Shown piece after piece: positions 27,091-36,162 of a stretch of 39,040 bases of DNA. The stretch is taken from IMG/VR virus record IMGVR_UViG_3300009095_000034, positions 1 to 39,040 of that record. The stretch is one strand, 5' to 3'. The stretch is from a virus. Taxonomy: Duplodnaviria > Caudoviricetes. The stretch's first letter is position 1. Each line of letters begins with the position of its first letter. The position numbers were made by a program, and so were the translations under genes. Under the pieces are notes generated by a model that searched no databases, was not told the DNA's origin, and was given only the letters and a program-made list of their open reading frames with translations.

Positions 27091-27259
27091 TGTGATCGTC
27101 CGTGCTCTCCTGTTCGTCGCTGTCCGTGGTCGGCGCGGCGTCCTCGTTCGTGTCATGTAGACGATTCGCGATGTCTGCAACGATCGCCGCGAGCTTGAGG
27201 ACGACGAGCGCGAACACTGTCGCCATGCCGAGCACGAGCACAGGTTCGAGCGTGCTCAT
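27083..27259 (-). CDS. Small membrane protein (58 aa)
   Basis: MSTLEPVLVLGMATVFALVVLKLAAIVA; ATGA overlap with the HNH stop. Confidence 0.6.
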   Translation of the reverse strand: MSTLEPVLVLGMATVFALVVLKLAAIVADIANRLHDTNEDAAPTTDSDEQESTDDHRG

Positions 27260-27576
27260 GTGGACGTTCTCGCGGCGCGTTCGCGTGCTGTCTTGTCGGC
27301 GTGACAGTCGGAGTGCATCACGGCGAGATTGCTTTCGTCCCATGTTCCCCCGTCCGCTATGGCTTGGATGTGGTCGACGTGGTGCGCGCCGGGTTGGCCG
27401 CACCAGTAGCAGATGCCCCGGTCGCGTCGGCGTATCCGGTCGCGGAGTGCGCGGGCGTTGCCGGGGCGACTCTGGTTGCGGGGGCTTGGCCGGGTGGTCC
27501 ATCCAACGGGCGGGGTGTGTTGGGGGCACGGTGCGAGCTGGGGGCATCCGGGTTGTGGGCAGACGCGGGCGACCAT
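27256..27576 (-). CDS. HNH endonuclease (packaging-associated)
   Basis: RRRDRGICYWC..VDHIQ..GG..NLAVMHSDCHADKT. Confidence 0.92.
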   Translation of the reverse strand: MVARVCPQPGCPQLAPCPQHTPPVGWTTRPSPRNQSRPGNARALRDRIRRRDRGICYWCGQPGAHHVDHIQAIADGGTWDESNLAVMHSDCHADKTARERAARTST

Positions 27577-27812
27577 GCGCTACTCCGTTCCCGTATCCCC
27601 GGGCTACCACGAGGACGCACTAGCTGAGCTTGCGGTGTACGGCGACCTGACGTCCGGCGACGATGGCCGAGATGCCGTCGACCGAGCTGCCATCGAGTGA
27701 GCCGATCGGGCCGATGCCGAACCAGCATTGCAGCCCGGACGGTGACGGCCGCGTGATGGTGAAGTGATCACCGATGAATCGCCGAACTCGGTCTGACCAT
27801 GCCTCGTGTATC

Positions 27813-28019
27813 TCAGTGCTTCCGTCCGCGTCCGGGCCACTGTCCGGTGGCGCGGCGGTGGAGCTTCGCGCAATACCCTTCCGCGCCAGGGCCAAGGTGT
27901 CGGCGCGTTTTTCGTACGCAGCGCCGGAAATCGCCCTTGGTTCCCCAGCGGATCGACGCCCCGCCCTTGCCGGTTGTCCAGTACCGGCGGAGCCGTTCGG
28001 CGTTCGCTGTGCGTGCCAT
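27813..28019 (-). CDS. Small basic Cys/His protein
   Basis: MARTANAERLRRYWTTGKGGASIRWGTKGDFRRC..GYCAKLH..TGQWPG. Confidence 0.7.
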   Translation of the reverse strand: MARTANAERLRRYWTTGKGGASIRWGTKGDFRRCVRKTRRHLGPGAEGYCAKLHRRATGQWPGRGRKH

Positions 28020-28021
28020 CG

Positions 28022-28270
28022 CTACCGCTTCCCTTTGCTCTGCCGGATGCTTGGGAACTTCGCCGCTACCTTGCGTCGCACCGTGCGTTGCTCGGCGGGC
28101 GTGCCGTGCTGGCTCACCCTGGCGAGTGCGTTCCTCGCGTGAGCGGCGTCGTCGATCCGGTACGCCCGGCGGGACGGGATCGCGAAGTTCTTCGCCGACA
28201 TGCGGGCTCGGCCGGATGTGGTGTTCCGGCGGCGGTTCGCCGTCTTGCTCAAGGGGCTTTTCCGTGCCAT
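28022..28270 (-). CDS. Small basic protein (DUF6582-like)
   Basis: GGAGG RBS; FAIPSRRAYRIDDAAHARNALARVSQ. Confidence 0.7.
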   Translation of the reverse strand: MARKSPLSKTANRRRNTTSGRARMSAKNFAIPSRRAYRIDDAAHARNALARVSQHGTPAEQRTVRRKVAAKFPSIRQSKGKR

Positions 28271-28289
28271 GCCGACACCTCCACCAACG

Positions 28290-28328
28290 ACAACGCCCCC
28301 GGTTCCTGGCGGATTCCGGGGGCGTTGT
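28290..28328 (-). terminator. Stem-loop at the early/late boundary
   Basis: ACAACGCCCCCGG / CCGGGGGCGTTGT 13-bp stem. Confidence 0.7.
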
Positions 28329-28406
28329 GTGCGATGGACGGTCGGCGACACTGCGCCGACCTAAGCACAAGGTAGCGTTCGCGCTGGTCGGGCGCAAGCG
28401 ACTCGC

Positions 28407-29174
28407 CTATGTGGACATCACGAGGTCGATCACATCCCCGACCCGGAAGCGTGCCCGGCCGGACGGGTCTGGCGGTCGGGGCAACAGCCGTCCTCGGTGG
28501 ACGTAGCCCCGGATCATGGCGGGTGTGACGTTGGTGCCGAGCAGTCCGGGTAAGGCGCGGGCGATCGTCGAGGCGGTCTCGATGCGGTCTCGTGCTTGTT
28601 CGAGGAGCCAGGCCCGGCGCTCGTCGGCGTCGTAGCGGGCTCCGCAGTCGCGGCACGTGTGCTCGGCGGCGTGGGGGCGGGCGTACATGTCGGCGCCGCA
28701 CTCGTCGCATGGGCCGACGAACCGGCGCTCGGCCGGGCGGTCGACGGCACGCCAAGCGCGGTGAATCGCGTCGGTGATCTCGTCGTGGAGCTCGGCGGCG
28801 GCCGGGTGGGTGCGCAATGTGGATTCGTGGGCGAGTAGGAACGCGGCGGCCGTCGGCATGGCGGCGACGTTGGCGGCCGTGGTCCCGGTGCGGTCGGCGA
28901 CGTCGCGTGCCCACGTGGTGAGGACGTTCACCAGGTCGGCGCGGATCTCGGCGGCCGTGAGGTCGACCGGGAGCGGGCGTTCCGAGGGTCGGGAGGTGAC
29001 GCCGACGCCGGTTGCGGTGCGGGTCTGGCGGCTGATGGTGGCGTCGAGCTGGTCGGCGAGTTCGTCGACGCGGCGGAGGTCGGCGACGAGCGCGTGTGTG
29101 CAGTGGGGGCACAGGTAGTAGCCGCCGGTCGGCCGGTCGCATCCGGTGGCGCACGTGGTGATCAGATCGCTCAT
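28407..29174 (-). CDS. Zn-finger + C-terminal HTH protein; candidate late-transcription regulator
   Basis: CATGC, CPHC, CDEC, CRDC; TIARALP..VTPAMIRGYVHRGRL..FRVGDV; last early gene. Confidence 0.72.
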   Translation of the reverse strand: MSDLITTCATGCDRPTGGYYLCPHCTHALVADLRRVDELADQLDATISRQTRTATGVGVTSRPSERPLPVDLTAAEIRADLVNVLTTWARDVADRTGTTAANVAAMPTAAAFLLAHESTLRTHPAAAELHDEITDAIHRAWRAVDRPAERRFVGPCDECGADMYARPHAAEHTCRDCGARYDADERRAWLLEQARDRIETASTIARALPGLLGTNVTPAMIRGYVHRGRLLPRPPDPSGRARFRVGDVIDLVMST

Positions 29175-29425
29175 GTGTCGCTCTCCTGGGTGGTGTCGAC
29201 GATGACCGATAGGGCGCGGATCGTGGGGCAGGGATAGGCGGTGCGGCAGTGTGCACAGCGGAGCGGCCGAGTCCCTTCGTCGGCGGGGTCGTGCGGCTGT
29301 GGTGCGTGCAGGTCCAGCACGTTGCGGATGGCTCGATGGCCGCGATAGACGGGTTCGTTTTCGAGGCAGTCGCCGCAGCAGACGAACCGGTCGAGCTCGG
29401 CGCGGATCGCGGTGTCCAGGCTCAT
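29171..29425 (-). CDS. Hypothetical Zn-binding protein
   Basis: VLDLH..CAHC..YPCPTIRAL; ATGA overlaps. Confidence 0.7.
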   Translation of the reverse strand: MSLDTAIRAELDRFVCCGDCLENEPVYRGHRAIRNVLDLHAPQPHDPADEGTRPLRCAHCRTAYPCPTIRALSVIVDTTQESDT

Positions 29426-29889
29426 GCGTTCGCCTCCTGGTGGTCGCCGTACCCGGCGCGGTGCAGCATCGGCACCAGGTCGCCGAGTTCGAGGCAGGCA
29501 AACCCTGTGAGACCGGGCACGACGGTGCCAGTCACGGCGCGGGCGAGCATGGGCAGCGGTACCCACGCCCACCAGCGGGACACGTCGCCCTTGCCCTTGC
29601 GGCGCACGACGAGCACTGCGAGTTCGGCCCCGTGGGCGTCGCGGGTGATGTCGATCTCGTGGAGCCACTTGACGATCTGGTTGCTCTGGTCGTTCTTGAC
29701 GCTGAACACGACGCCGGGGATGCCGGTGATGTCGCCGGGGTCGGGCACGGTCCGGTTTCCGGCGCGGTAGCCGGTGCGGACGGCGCGTTCGGCGCCGGGG
29801 AAGCCGACGGCGCGGAGGTACTTCGCGACGGCGCGTTCCGCGTCGTGTCCCCGCCGCCGGTTGCTCCGGCCGCGCTCGGTGGGTGTCAT
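29422..29889 (-). CDS. Holliday junction resolvase-like PD-(D/E)xK nuclease
   Basis: NRRRGHDAERAVAKYL..GFPGAER..DPGDITG..SVK..VLVVRRKG. Confidence 0.75.
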   Translation of the reverse strand: MTPTERGRSNRRRGHDAERAVAKYLRAVGFPGAERAVRTGYRAGNRTVPDPGDITGIPGVVFSVKNDQSNQIVKWLHEIDITRDAHGAELAVLVVRRKGKGDVSRWWAWVPLPMLARAVTGTVVPGLTGFACLELGDLVPMLHRAGYGDHQEANA

Positions 29890-29995
29890 GGTCACGGGAT
29901 GCCCCTTTCTGGCGGCTGAGTGGCTCTCTCGCGGGCGAACCCCGGTTCGCCGGTATCTCGGGGTGGATTGATCAGGCACAGCGGCTCTCAGGGGC

Positions 29996-30436
29996 TCAGA
30001 ACGGCGGTTCCTCGACGGTGCCGGGCGCCGGGACGTCCGGCCACGAGCTCCCCGGCGCGGCCGACTCGCGAGGCTCGGCCTTGCGCACGGTGGCCGTGGC
30101 GTAGCGGGTGGACGGGCCGATCGCATCGATGAGCAGCGCGACCCGCGAACGCTTCTGCCCGGTCTCCCGGTCTTGCCACTCCTCGGTTTTCAGCCGTCCG
30201 GTGACGACAACCTCCATGCCGCGCTTGTAGGTCTCGGCGGCGTTCTCGGCGGCATCGCGGAACAGCGTGCCCCGGATGAAACACACGTCGCCGTCCTCCC
30301 ACTGCCCGGTGTCGCGGTTGTAGCGGCGGGCGTTGAATGCCAGCGGGACCGTGGCAACGGCCGTCCCGTTCGGGGAGAACCGGACCTCCGCGTCGGCGGT
30401 GAGTCGGCCGGTTCCGTGCATGGTCGGCAGGGACAC
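29996..30436 (-). CDS. ssb: Single-stranded DNA-binding protein
   Basis: GRLTADAEVRFSPNG, AENAAE, VVVTGRLK, IGPS, acidic EEPPF tail. Confidence 0.93.
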   Translation of the reverse strand: MSLPTMHGTGRLTADAEVRFSPNGTAVATVPLAFNARRYNRDTGQWEDGDVCFIRGTLFRDAAENAAETYKRGMEVVVTGRLKTEEWQDRETGQKRSRVALLIDAIGPSTRYATATVRKAEPRESAAPGSSWPDVPAPGTVEEPPF

Positions 30437-30440
30437 GTGA

Positions 30441-30941
30441 TCACTCCTCGGGTCGTGCGGCGCGGCGCCGCTGGATGTGGGGAACTTCGATCGGCCGCAC
30501 CGGGTCGCGGCGCTGGCCGTGCATCCCGACGGTCTGGACGCACCGGGCGCCGGGCTCGGCGCGGCAGTGCGGGCACTCGATGCCCAGCGCCCGCCACTGG
30601 TCGTCGGCGGCTGTCTCCCGGTCGGCCGCCAGGCGGGCGGCGAGCCAATCGACAACGCGGCAGACGTGCGCCTCGTCGGCCGGGCGCGGGGTGGCCGCCG
30701 GGAGCGCGTTCGAGCGCGGCGGCTCGGCGCGGCGCTGACGGAGGCGTTGGGTGATGTGGCCGGGCATGAGCCACTCGGTCGACTCGGCGAAGTGCGCCGA
30801 CACGGCGTCGGCCGCTTCGGCGTAGGTCCACCGTCCGCGCTGGGCAGCTTCGGCCCATGCGTGCAGCTCGGCGGGTCCGGCGTTGCGGCCGTCGTAGGCG
30901 GTGATCAGCGATAGCAGGTCGATCACTTCACCGTTGTTCAT
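30441..30941 (-). CDS. Replication accessory (helicase loader/inhibitor-like) with Zn finger
   Basis: LLSLITAYDGR..AW..AVSAHF..WLMPGHI; CPHCRAEPGARC..PHIQR; follows the initiator. Confidence 0.7.
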   Translation of the reverse strand: MNNGEVIDLLSLITAYDGRNAGPAELHAWAEAAQRGRWTYAEAADAVSAHFAESTEWLMPGHITQRLRQRRAEPPRSNALPAATPRPADEAHVCRVVDWLAARLAADRETAADDQWRALGIECPHCRAEPGARCVQTVGMHGQRRDPVRPIEVPHIQRRRAARPEE

Positions 30942-31819
30942 GCGACACCGCCGGGTAAGGCACGGAGGCCGTGCGGCGGCTCATCGTCGGGCGCTTCCCC
31001 GATGTGGGTCTTGAGCGCCTGCAAGCGGGCGATCCGCTCGTCCTTCGTGGACATCTTCGGCGGCGGCGTGTAGCGCGGCTCCGGCTCGTCGTCCCAGCGC
31101 CCGGCATTGAGCCACGTCGACGGGTGGGCGGTGTACTTCGGGTCTTCGCCGTCGCGGGCGGCGGCGTACCGGCGGGCACCCTCGATGATCGTGTCCGGGT
31201 CGGTGAGCTCGACCGCCTTGCGCCATGCCTTGATCGCGGCTTGCTTGCCTACGCGGCGCGGGTACGCCGACCAGAACTCGTCGAACCGGTCCGGAGTGGA
31301 GCTCGTACGCCCTCGGCTTGACGTCCCCTGGCGGGGGACTACAGGGGGTGTATCCCCGTTAGGGGATGCAGGGACGGGACGGGACGGGTCGGGACGGGTA
31401 GAGCGGACACCCCCCGTGACACCCTCGGGGGCTCCCTCGGGGAGTCCCGGATCTGTCCCTTGGGGACTCGGCTCGCTGTCCTGGGCCTTTCCGGACTTCG
31501 CGGCTCTGGCTTTCGCTTTCTTCTCGGCCTCTTTCCGACGGCGCTCAAGGACTTCCGAACGCGTCGGGTTTCGACCGTGAGCCGACCATTGATGGAAAAT
31601 GAACCCGCCGTCGACCGGCTCCCACAGGTTTTCTTTCACCAGACGCCGAGCCTGCGCATGGCTCCCGAGCATCCGAACCATGTCGTCCGGGATGAACCCG
31701 TCGGTCAGTTGTTGCGCCGACCACGAGCCAGCGCGAACCCATAGGCCCATCGCTGAATTCCCAGCTCGGACCGCCTTCTCGTGGAACGCGAGCGTGTCGT
31801 CAACCTTGAACCACGTCAC
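30938..31819 (-). CDS. Phage replication initiator (RepA/O-like)
   Basis: MTWFKVDD..AMGLW..TDGFIP; FDEFWSAYPRRVGKQAA..HPSTWLNAGRWDDE. Confidence 0.85.
   Translation of the reverse strand: MTWFKVDDTLAFHEKAVRAGNSAMGLWVRAGSWSAQQLTDGFIPDDMVRMLGSHAQARRLVKENLWEPVDGGFIFHQWSAHGRNPTRSEVLERRRKEAEKKAKARAAKSGKAQDSEPSPQGTDPGLPEGAPEGVTGGVRSTRPDPSRPVPASPNGDTPPVVPRQGTSSRGRTSSTPDRFDEFWSAYPRRVGKQAAIKAWRKAVELTDPDTIIEGARRYAAARDGEDPKYTAHPSTWLNAGRWDDEPEPRYTPPPKMSTKDERIARLQALKTHIGEAPDDEPPHGLRALPGGVA
31371..31468. repeat. Repeat tract inside the initiator gene; candidate origin iterons
   Basis: GGGAC/GGGTC 5-mer run (31371-31399) and ~12-bp period CCCCGAGGG-type repeats (31405-31468). Confidence 0.55.
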
Positions 31820-32076
31820 CGCGCATCACTTGTCCCTTCGTTCGGCGCGAGCCCGATCCGGTCCCGGATTCGCGCCGTCGTGTACGTGCTCATTCGCGTG
31901 TGCTCCGCGATCTCGCGGTCCGTCCACCCGAGCCCGTGCAGCTCGGCGACCAAGTCCTCCCGATCGCGGGTGGACAACGCTTCGGCCGGGAGCTCGCCCG
32001 CGCAGCACGCCCGCCAGCGACCGAGGTCCGATCGCCGGTCGGGTCGTGCTGGCGGCGCCGTCAGTTGTCGGCGCAT
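31816..32076 (-). CDS. Small HTH protein
   Basis: LVAELHGLGWTDREIAEHTRMSTYTTARIRDRIGL; start approximate. Confidence 0.7.
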   Translation of the reverse strand: MRRQLTAPPARPDRRSDLGRWRACCAGELPAEALSTRDREDLVAELHGLGWTDREIAEHTRMSTYTTARIRDRIGLAPNEGTSDAR

Positions 32077-32390
32077 CCTGTGCCTCGCCAACGCCGGATC
32101 ACCGACCCGTGACGGGACGGCCGGTTCGGCTTGTCCCATCCGACTTGTTGGAAGGCGCCGCGCCGCGCCCAATGCCGGATGAGGCTCGGTAAGACGTTGT
32201 GCGAGTGCGGCTCGACGCCCGGCGGGACCAGGCGGCGGACGTCCTCCGCGTTGAACTCGCGCCCGGTGCGGGCGAAGTCGTCGAGGATCGCCTCGACGTG
32301 CTCGCGGTAGGTCACCCGGTGCGGTGCCGTGGCGGCGGCGAGGTTCGCCTCAATGCCGTCGATCGCGAGTTGTTCACCAGCCGACGTCAT
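32061..32390 (-). CDS. Hypothetical phage protein
   Basis: GGAGGG RBS; TGREFNAEDVR..PHSHNVLPSL..SRHGS. Confidence 0.72.
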   Translation of the reverse strand: MTSAGEQLAIDGIEANLAAATAPHRVTYREHVEAILDDFARTGREFNAEDVRRLVPPGVEPHSHNVLPSLIRHWARRGAFQQVGWDKPNRPSRHGSVIRRWRGTGCADN

Positions 32391-32706
32391 GGCTGTTCCC
32401 TCCGTCCATGTAGGTCACGCCGCCGTCGTCGTCGAGGAACGCCGGTCGCCCCCGGTAGGTGGCCGGGACCGTGCGCGGCTCGTAGGCGCCGCGCACCAGC
32501 CATCCGGCCGAGTAGGACGCCGCCGGGTGCTCGGTCACGTAGCCGTGGCACGGGCGGCACAGGTGCAGTCCGTTCGCGGGCGACCAGTCGCCGCCCTGCG
32601 ATCGGTTCTTCCTGTGGTGCCAGTCGGCGGCCGGGGCGTTGCCGCACCGCTCGCACATGCCCTGAGATCGCCTGTAGACGGCCGAACGTGCTTCTGCCTC
32701 TCTCAT
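32374..32706 (-). CDS. HNH-type endonuclease
   Basis: CERC..HHRKNRSQGG..NGLHLCRPCH. Confidence 0.85.
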   Translation of the reverse strand: MREAEARSAVYRRSQGMCERCGNAPAADWHHRKNRSQGGDWSPANGLHLCRPCHGYVTEHPAASYSAGWLVRGAYEPRTVPATYRGRPAFLDDDGGVTYMDGGNSHDVGW

Positions 32707-33059
32707 GGCGCACCCGCCCCGCCGAGTCCGACCTCGGCCCGCACAGCAGCTCCGAGGGACCGTCCAACGTCGATCCGGGTGCGCACCGAGTCGATCCGGC
32801 GCCGGAGCCCCCGGACGTGTTGCTCGGCGAGCTCGGCGGCAAGCCGCGCCTCGTGGGTCTCCTCCGTGGCGGTGTGGCGCCGGATGTCCATCGCGCCATC
32901 CGCCGACAGGAACGCTTTCGAGAAGGCGAGGGTGTAGTCCTCCCGCTTGTTGACCGCGTCGCGTTCCGCCTCGCCGATCTCGCTCACCAGCTCGTCAAGT
33001 TGGCGCGAGAGCTCCGAGAGCCCGGATGCGATCTCGTGGGCGGTGAGAGGGCGAGTCAC
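32703..33059 (-). CDS. Hypothetical coiled-coil protein
   Basis: Overlapping start/stop codons; helical heptads; IDVGRSLGAAVRAE. Confidence 0.72.
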   Translation of the reverse strand: MTRPLTAHEIASGLSELSRQLDELVSEIGEAERDAVNKREDYTLAFSKAFLSADGAMDIRRHTATEETHEARLAAELAEQHVRGLRRRIDSVRTRIDVGRSLGAAVRAEVGLGGAGAP

Positions 33060-33814
33060 GATGACTCACCCCCGGCGGGGTCCGGCGCGGGCGGCTCGTC
33101 GGCGGGCTCGGCGTCCGATTCGGCGGCGCGCTCCGGGGGCTCCGGCTCGTCGAGCTCCGGCGCCTCGACCGGCTTGCGTTTCGCCGTCCGGCGCTTGGCC
33201 GGGGCGGACTTCGGGCGTGGCTTGCTCTCCGGCTCGCCCTCGTCGAGTTCCTCGACGGCGTAGGGCATTCCGAGTAGGACGTCCGCCGCGATCAGGCGGC
33301 ATACCTCAGCCGTGCCCCTGGCGACGAGCATCGCGCCGGGTTGCTTGCGGTAGTTGTCCCGGTTGGCGAGTCCGAGGTTCCGCGCCCGGTCCATCGTCCA
33401 CACCGAGCGCTGCACAATGTCGGAGCCCTTGCGACGGCCGTAGACGATCGCCCGCGTCTCGTTCGAGTCGTCGTCGACCCACACCTCATGCCCGGCCGCC
33501 TGCACCAACCCGCGCATGGTGTTCGCCCGCATCGCGGGCACGCCTTGAATAATGTCGATCGAACGGAGCGCGGCCATGGGCGAGAGTCCGAGCTCGGCCC
33601 CGGTGAGGATCGCGGCCGTGACGAGCTCCGGCTTGTTCTGCATCTCCCGAGGTACGAACGCGGTCCGTGCGAGCGAGGTCGCCACGGCGTGCGCGTCCCG
33701 GGCATCGCGAGCCCACTGTCCGAGCGTCGAAAGAGGACCGGCCGGCGGTTCCGTTTCCGCTGGTAGACGAGCCGCGTCCGATCCCGCGGCCTCCACCGGT
33801 TCCATAGTGGTCAC
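33056..33814 (-). CDS. RecT-like ssDNA annealing protein
   Basis: TAFVP, AAILTGAELGLSPMAALRSIDIIQGVP, WTMDRA, PGAMLVAR; paired with the exonuclease. Confidence 0.8.
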   Translation of the reverse strand: MTTMEPVEAAGSDAARLPAETEPPAGPLSTLGQWARDARDAHAVATSLARTAFVPREMQNKPELVTAAILTGAELGLSPMAALRSIDIIQGVPAMRANTMRGLVQAAGHEVWVDDDSNETRAIVYGRRKGSDIVQRSVWTMDRARNLGLANRDNYRKQPGAMLVARGTAEVCRLIAADVLLGMPYAVEELDEGEPESKPRPKSAPAKRRTAKRKPVEAPELDEPEPPERAAESDAEPADEPPAPDPAGGESS

Positions 33815-34572
33815 GCTGCTACCTCCGGGGGTGCCAGAGCCTCACCGATCAGACTCTTGTTGTCCTTGGTCTTGCGGGCGACGTGCGCGATGTGCAGGAA
33901 CGTTTTGTGCGTGCTCTCGGTGATGTCGACCGGGTAGAGGTCGTAGCCGTCGGCGCGGACCCAGATGCCGAGCGCGCCGGAGATCCCGAGTTCATTCATG
34001 GGCTGTTCGTTGCCGTCGGCGTCGAGGTAGACCTCCGCGCCCGCGTAGGCGGCGAGCTGATAGGCGGTCTCCGGGAAGATCCCCGACCGCGCTGTCTTGA
34101 TGTCGACGAGCAGTCGGCGGCCGTCGGGCATGTCGACGACGGCGTCCAGCGTTCCGGCGTAGCGCCAACGCCGGTTCGCGACCGGCGTTTCCACCAGCAC
34201 GGCAACGGGTTTCCACTCGTCGAGGAACTTCACGTAGGACTCAACGTGTCCGGCGAGCTCGTCGGGGACGTCGACCTCCTCGCCCCGGATGAGCCGCTCG
34301 GCGAGCGCGTGAACCTCGGTGCCGCGCTTGGCCGCCCGGTCACGCTCGGCGAACCGGGCTCGGCGGAGCTTGTTGATCCGCTCGCTGATGGTGTTGCGGG
34401 AGAGTTCGTCCCAGTGGTCGACGGCGTAGTCCGCCGTGGTGTTCGCCGCCCAGTTGATCAGCGCTGGTTTCGGGACGCCGTCGGAGAGCAAGGTCGTTAC
34501 GCCGTCGAACTTGCTGCCGTCCTCGTCCACGTAGTAGTGGCCTTTCCCGGCGTTTCGTCGCTTGAATGGCAC
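33811..34572 (-). CDS. PD-(D/E)xK exonuclease (RecE/Cas4-like)
   Basis: GVTTLL..KPALINWAA, RGTEVH, YAGTLD, DIKT, QLAAY. Confidence 0.88.
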   Translation of the reverse strand: MPFKRRNAGKGHYYVDEDGSKFDGVTTLLSDGVPKPALINWAANTTADYAVDHWDELSRNTISERINKLRRARFAERDRAAKRGTEVHALAERLIRGEEVDVPDELAGHVESYVKFLDEWKPVAVLVETPVANRRWRYAGTLDAVVDMPDGRRLLVDIKTARSGIFPETAYQLAAYAGAEVYLDADGNEQPMNELGISGALGIWVRADGYDLYPVDITESTHKTFLHIAHVARKTKDNKSLIGEALAPPEVAA

Positions 34573-34588
34573 CGTTCGTCTCCTGTGG

Positions 34589-35401
34589 TCAGTGCAGGGC
34601 AGGGAGGCTGTCGATTGATTCCGGGAGCACGAGACGGGCGAGTGTCTCCCCGTCGCGCCACGCGTTCCACGCCCGGAACACCAGCCACAACGCAGTGATG
34701 GTGTTGAGCTTCTGGCGGTCACGGTCGATCCTGTCGAGGCGCTGCGCGAGCGTGAGGACCGGCGAACCGAGCGGAAGATTCGCCCGCGTAGCAAGGGAAT
34801 CCCAGAACTCGGCGGCAGCGCTGGCGTCAATCAACGCGGTCCGGTAGTAGGCGTAGGCCATGCGGGAGAGCGAGAGCCGGATCTTGCTGCGTAACCCGCC
34901 GCCGCAGACGTGCGCGACGGCCGCCTCAATCTCGGGGTGTTCCTCGATCCACGCGAACACCTCCGCGTGGCTGACGCCTACCTCGTTGGTGCGGAGCGAA
35001 TCGCGGTCGAGGAGAACGCCGATCCGCGCTGCGGCCGCGAGCGTGTGAGCGTTCGCGGCACCATGGATCGCGAGCGTGTCGCTCGCCCGGCGAGCGCTTC
35101 CGCTGTCCATGACGGACTGCGCGTCTTCGGCGATCCTGCTAACCACCAGGATCGGGACGGTGACGTCAGCCTCGATCACGGCCGTGAGGCGATGCTGTCC
35201 ATCGAGGAGCGTTCCGTCGTCGGCGAACTTGATCGCCTCGCCGGTCAACTTCCATCGCCCGGCCGCCATGTCACGGGCGTACTGGCGTACCTTCGCCGGT
35301 CGGATGTTCCGGTTGCGGGTGTTGGACTTCAGCCACAAGCGGGCCGTCTCCGGGTCGACCTGTTCGACCCGGGCATCTGGCGTCGAGTTTTCGGGCAGCA
35401 T
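34589..35401 (-). CDS. ParB-like / DGQHR-motif protein
   Basis: NTRNRNI..YARDMAAGRW..GEAIKF..LLDGQHRLTAV. Confidence 0.8.
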   Translation of the reverse strand: MLPENSTPDARVEQVDPETARLWLKSNTRNRNIRPAKVRQYARDMAAGRWKLTGEAIKFADDGTLLDGQHRLTAVIEADVTVPILVVSRIAEDAQSVMDSGSARRASDTLAIHGAANAHTLAAAARIGVLLDRDSLRTNEVGVSHAEVFAWIEEHPEIEAAVAHVCGGGLRSKIRLSLSRMAYAYYRTALIDASAAAEFWDSLATRANLPLGSPVLTLAQRLDRIDRDRQKLNTITALWLVFRAWNAWRDGETLARLVLPESIDSLPALH

Positions 35402-35510
35402 GAGGTAACCTCCGGTCGCAGGTTGGGGAGTTGGGCGTCGCCGCTGTGTGTGCGTGCTCCGGCGGCGGCGCCCCCAAAATGACCGTCCGAAATGGACGAG
35501 AGACGCGGAA

Positions 35511-36017
35511 TCAGTCCGCCACGAGCCGCGAAACCCTCGCGTAGAGATCGACGAACACAGTCGTCATCAGGTGCAAGCCGTCGGCTCCGATGAGCCCGTA
35601 CACCATGTTGAGCGTCATCCCGAGCAGATCGGGGCGCTTGTCGGCGGCGGCGTTGACGCAGTCAATCGCCCACCGGGTCATGAGATCCGGCGCGTCGACG
35701 CTGTCGAGCCGGACGCCGCACTCGACGTGTCCGCACTCGCCGGAGATACCGGCGAACAGCGCGGCCGTGGCTGCGGCTCCCGCACAACACAGGTCGTAGC
35801 AGCCTTGAGCGTGGGTGTTGGCGTGGTTGGTGTACTCCGCCAGCGCGGCCGATGAGCCTTCGAGATCATCGCGGACGTAGGCGTCGGCGGCCGTGGCGAA
35901 CGCCGTTGCGGACTGCTCGGCGCGCTCGACGAGCCCGGCGAACCGATCCTCCGCTCCGAGTGCGGTTTCGATGAGTCGGCGAGCCTCCTGCTCGTCGAAC
36001 GCGTGCTCACTGGTCAA
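35511..36017 (-). CDS. Hypothetical protein
   Basis: TTG start after GAGGGG; Cys/His-containing helical protein. Confidence 0.6.
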   Translation of the reverse strand: MTSEHAFDEQEARRLIETALGAEDRFAGLVERAEQSATAFATAADAYVRDDLEGSSAALAEYTNHANTHAQGCYDLCCAGAAATAALFAGISGECGHVECGVRLDSVDAPDLMTRWAIDCVNAAADKRPDLLGMTLNMVYGLIGADGLHLMTTVFVDLYARVSRLVAD

Positions 36018-36162
36018 CGATGCTCGCCCCCTCAAGGTCCACATCGGGTGCTTGCGTAATGCGTGGCGGGTCCTGTGCGAGTCCGGCGGCGAGCTCGTCG
36101 AGAACCTTGAACGGGTCGCCGAGCTCAGTCACGGTCGCGTCGTAGTCCGGTGTCGCGATCAA
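36007..36162 (-). CDS. Small hypothetical protein (51 aa, not in ORF track)
   Basis: TTGA overlap with the upstream stop, GGAGGAG RBS; MIATPDYDATVTELGDPFKVLDELAAG... Confidence 0.5.
   Translation of the reverse strand: MIATPDYDATVTELGDPFKVLDELAAGLAQDPPRITQAPDVDLEGASIVDQ

Noticed and set aside
27580-27810. Possible gene between HNH and the basic microproteins
   Set aside because: No frame with a convincing start, RBS or protein-like composition
31371-31468. CRISPR-like array
   Set aside because: Short tandem repeats without spacers, inside a CDS; the Cas4-like gene is a recombination exonuclease paired with RecT
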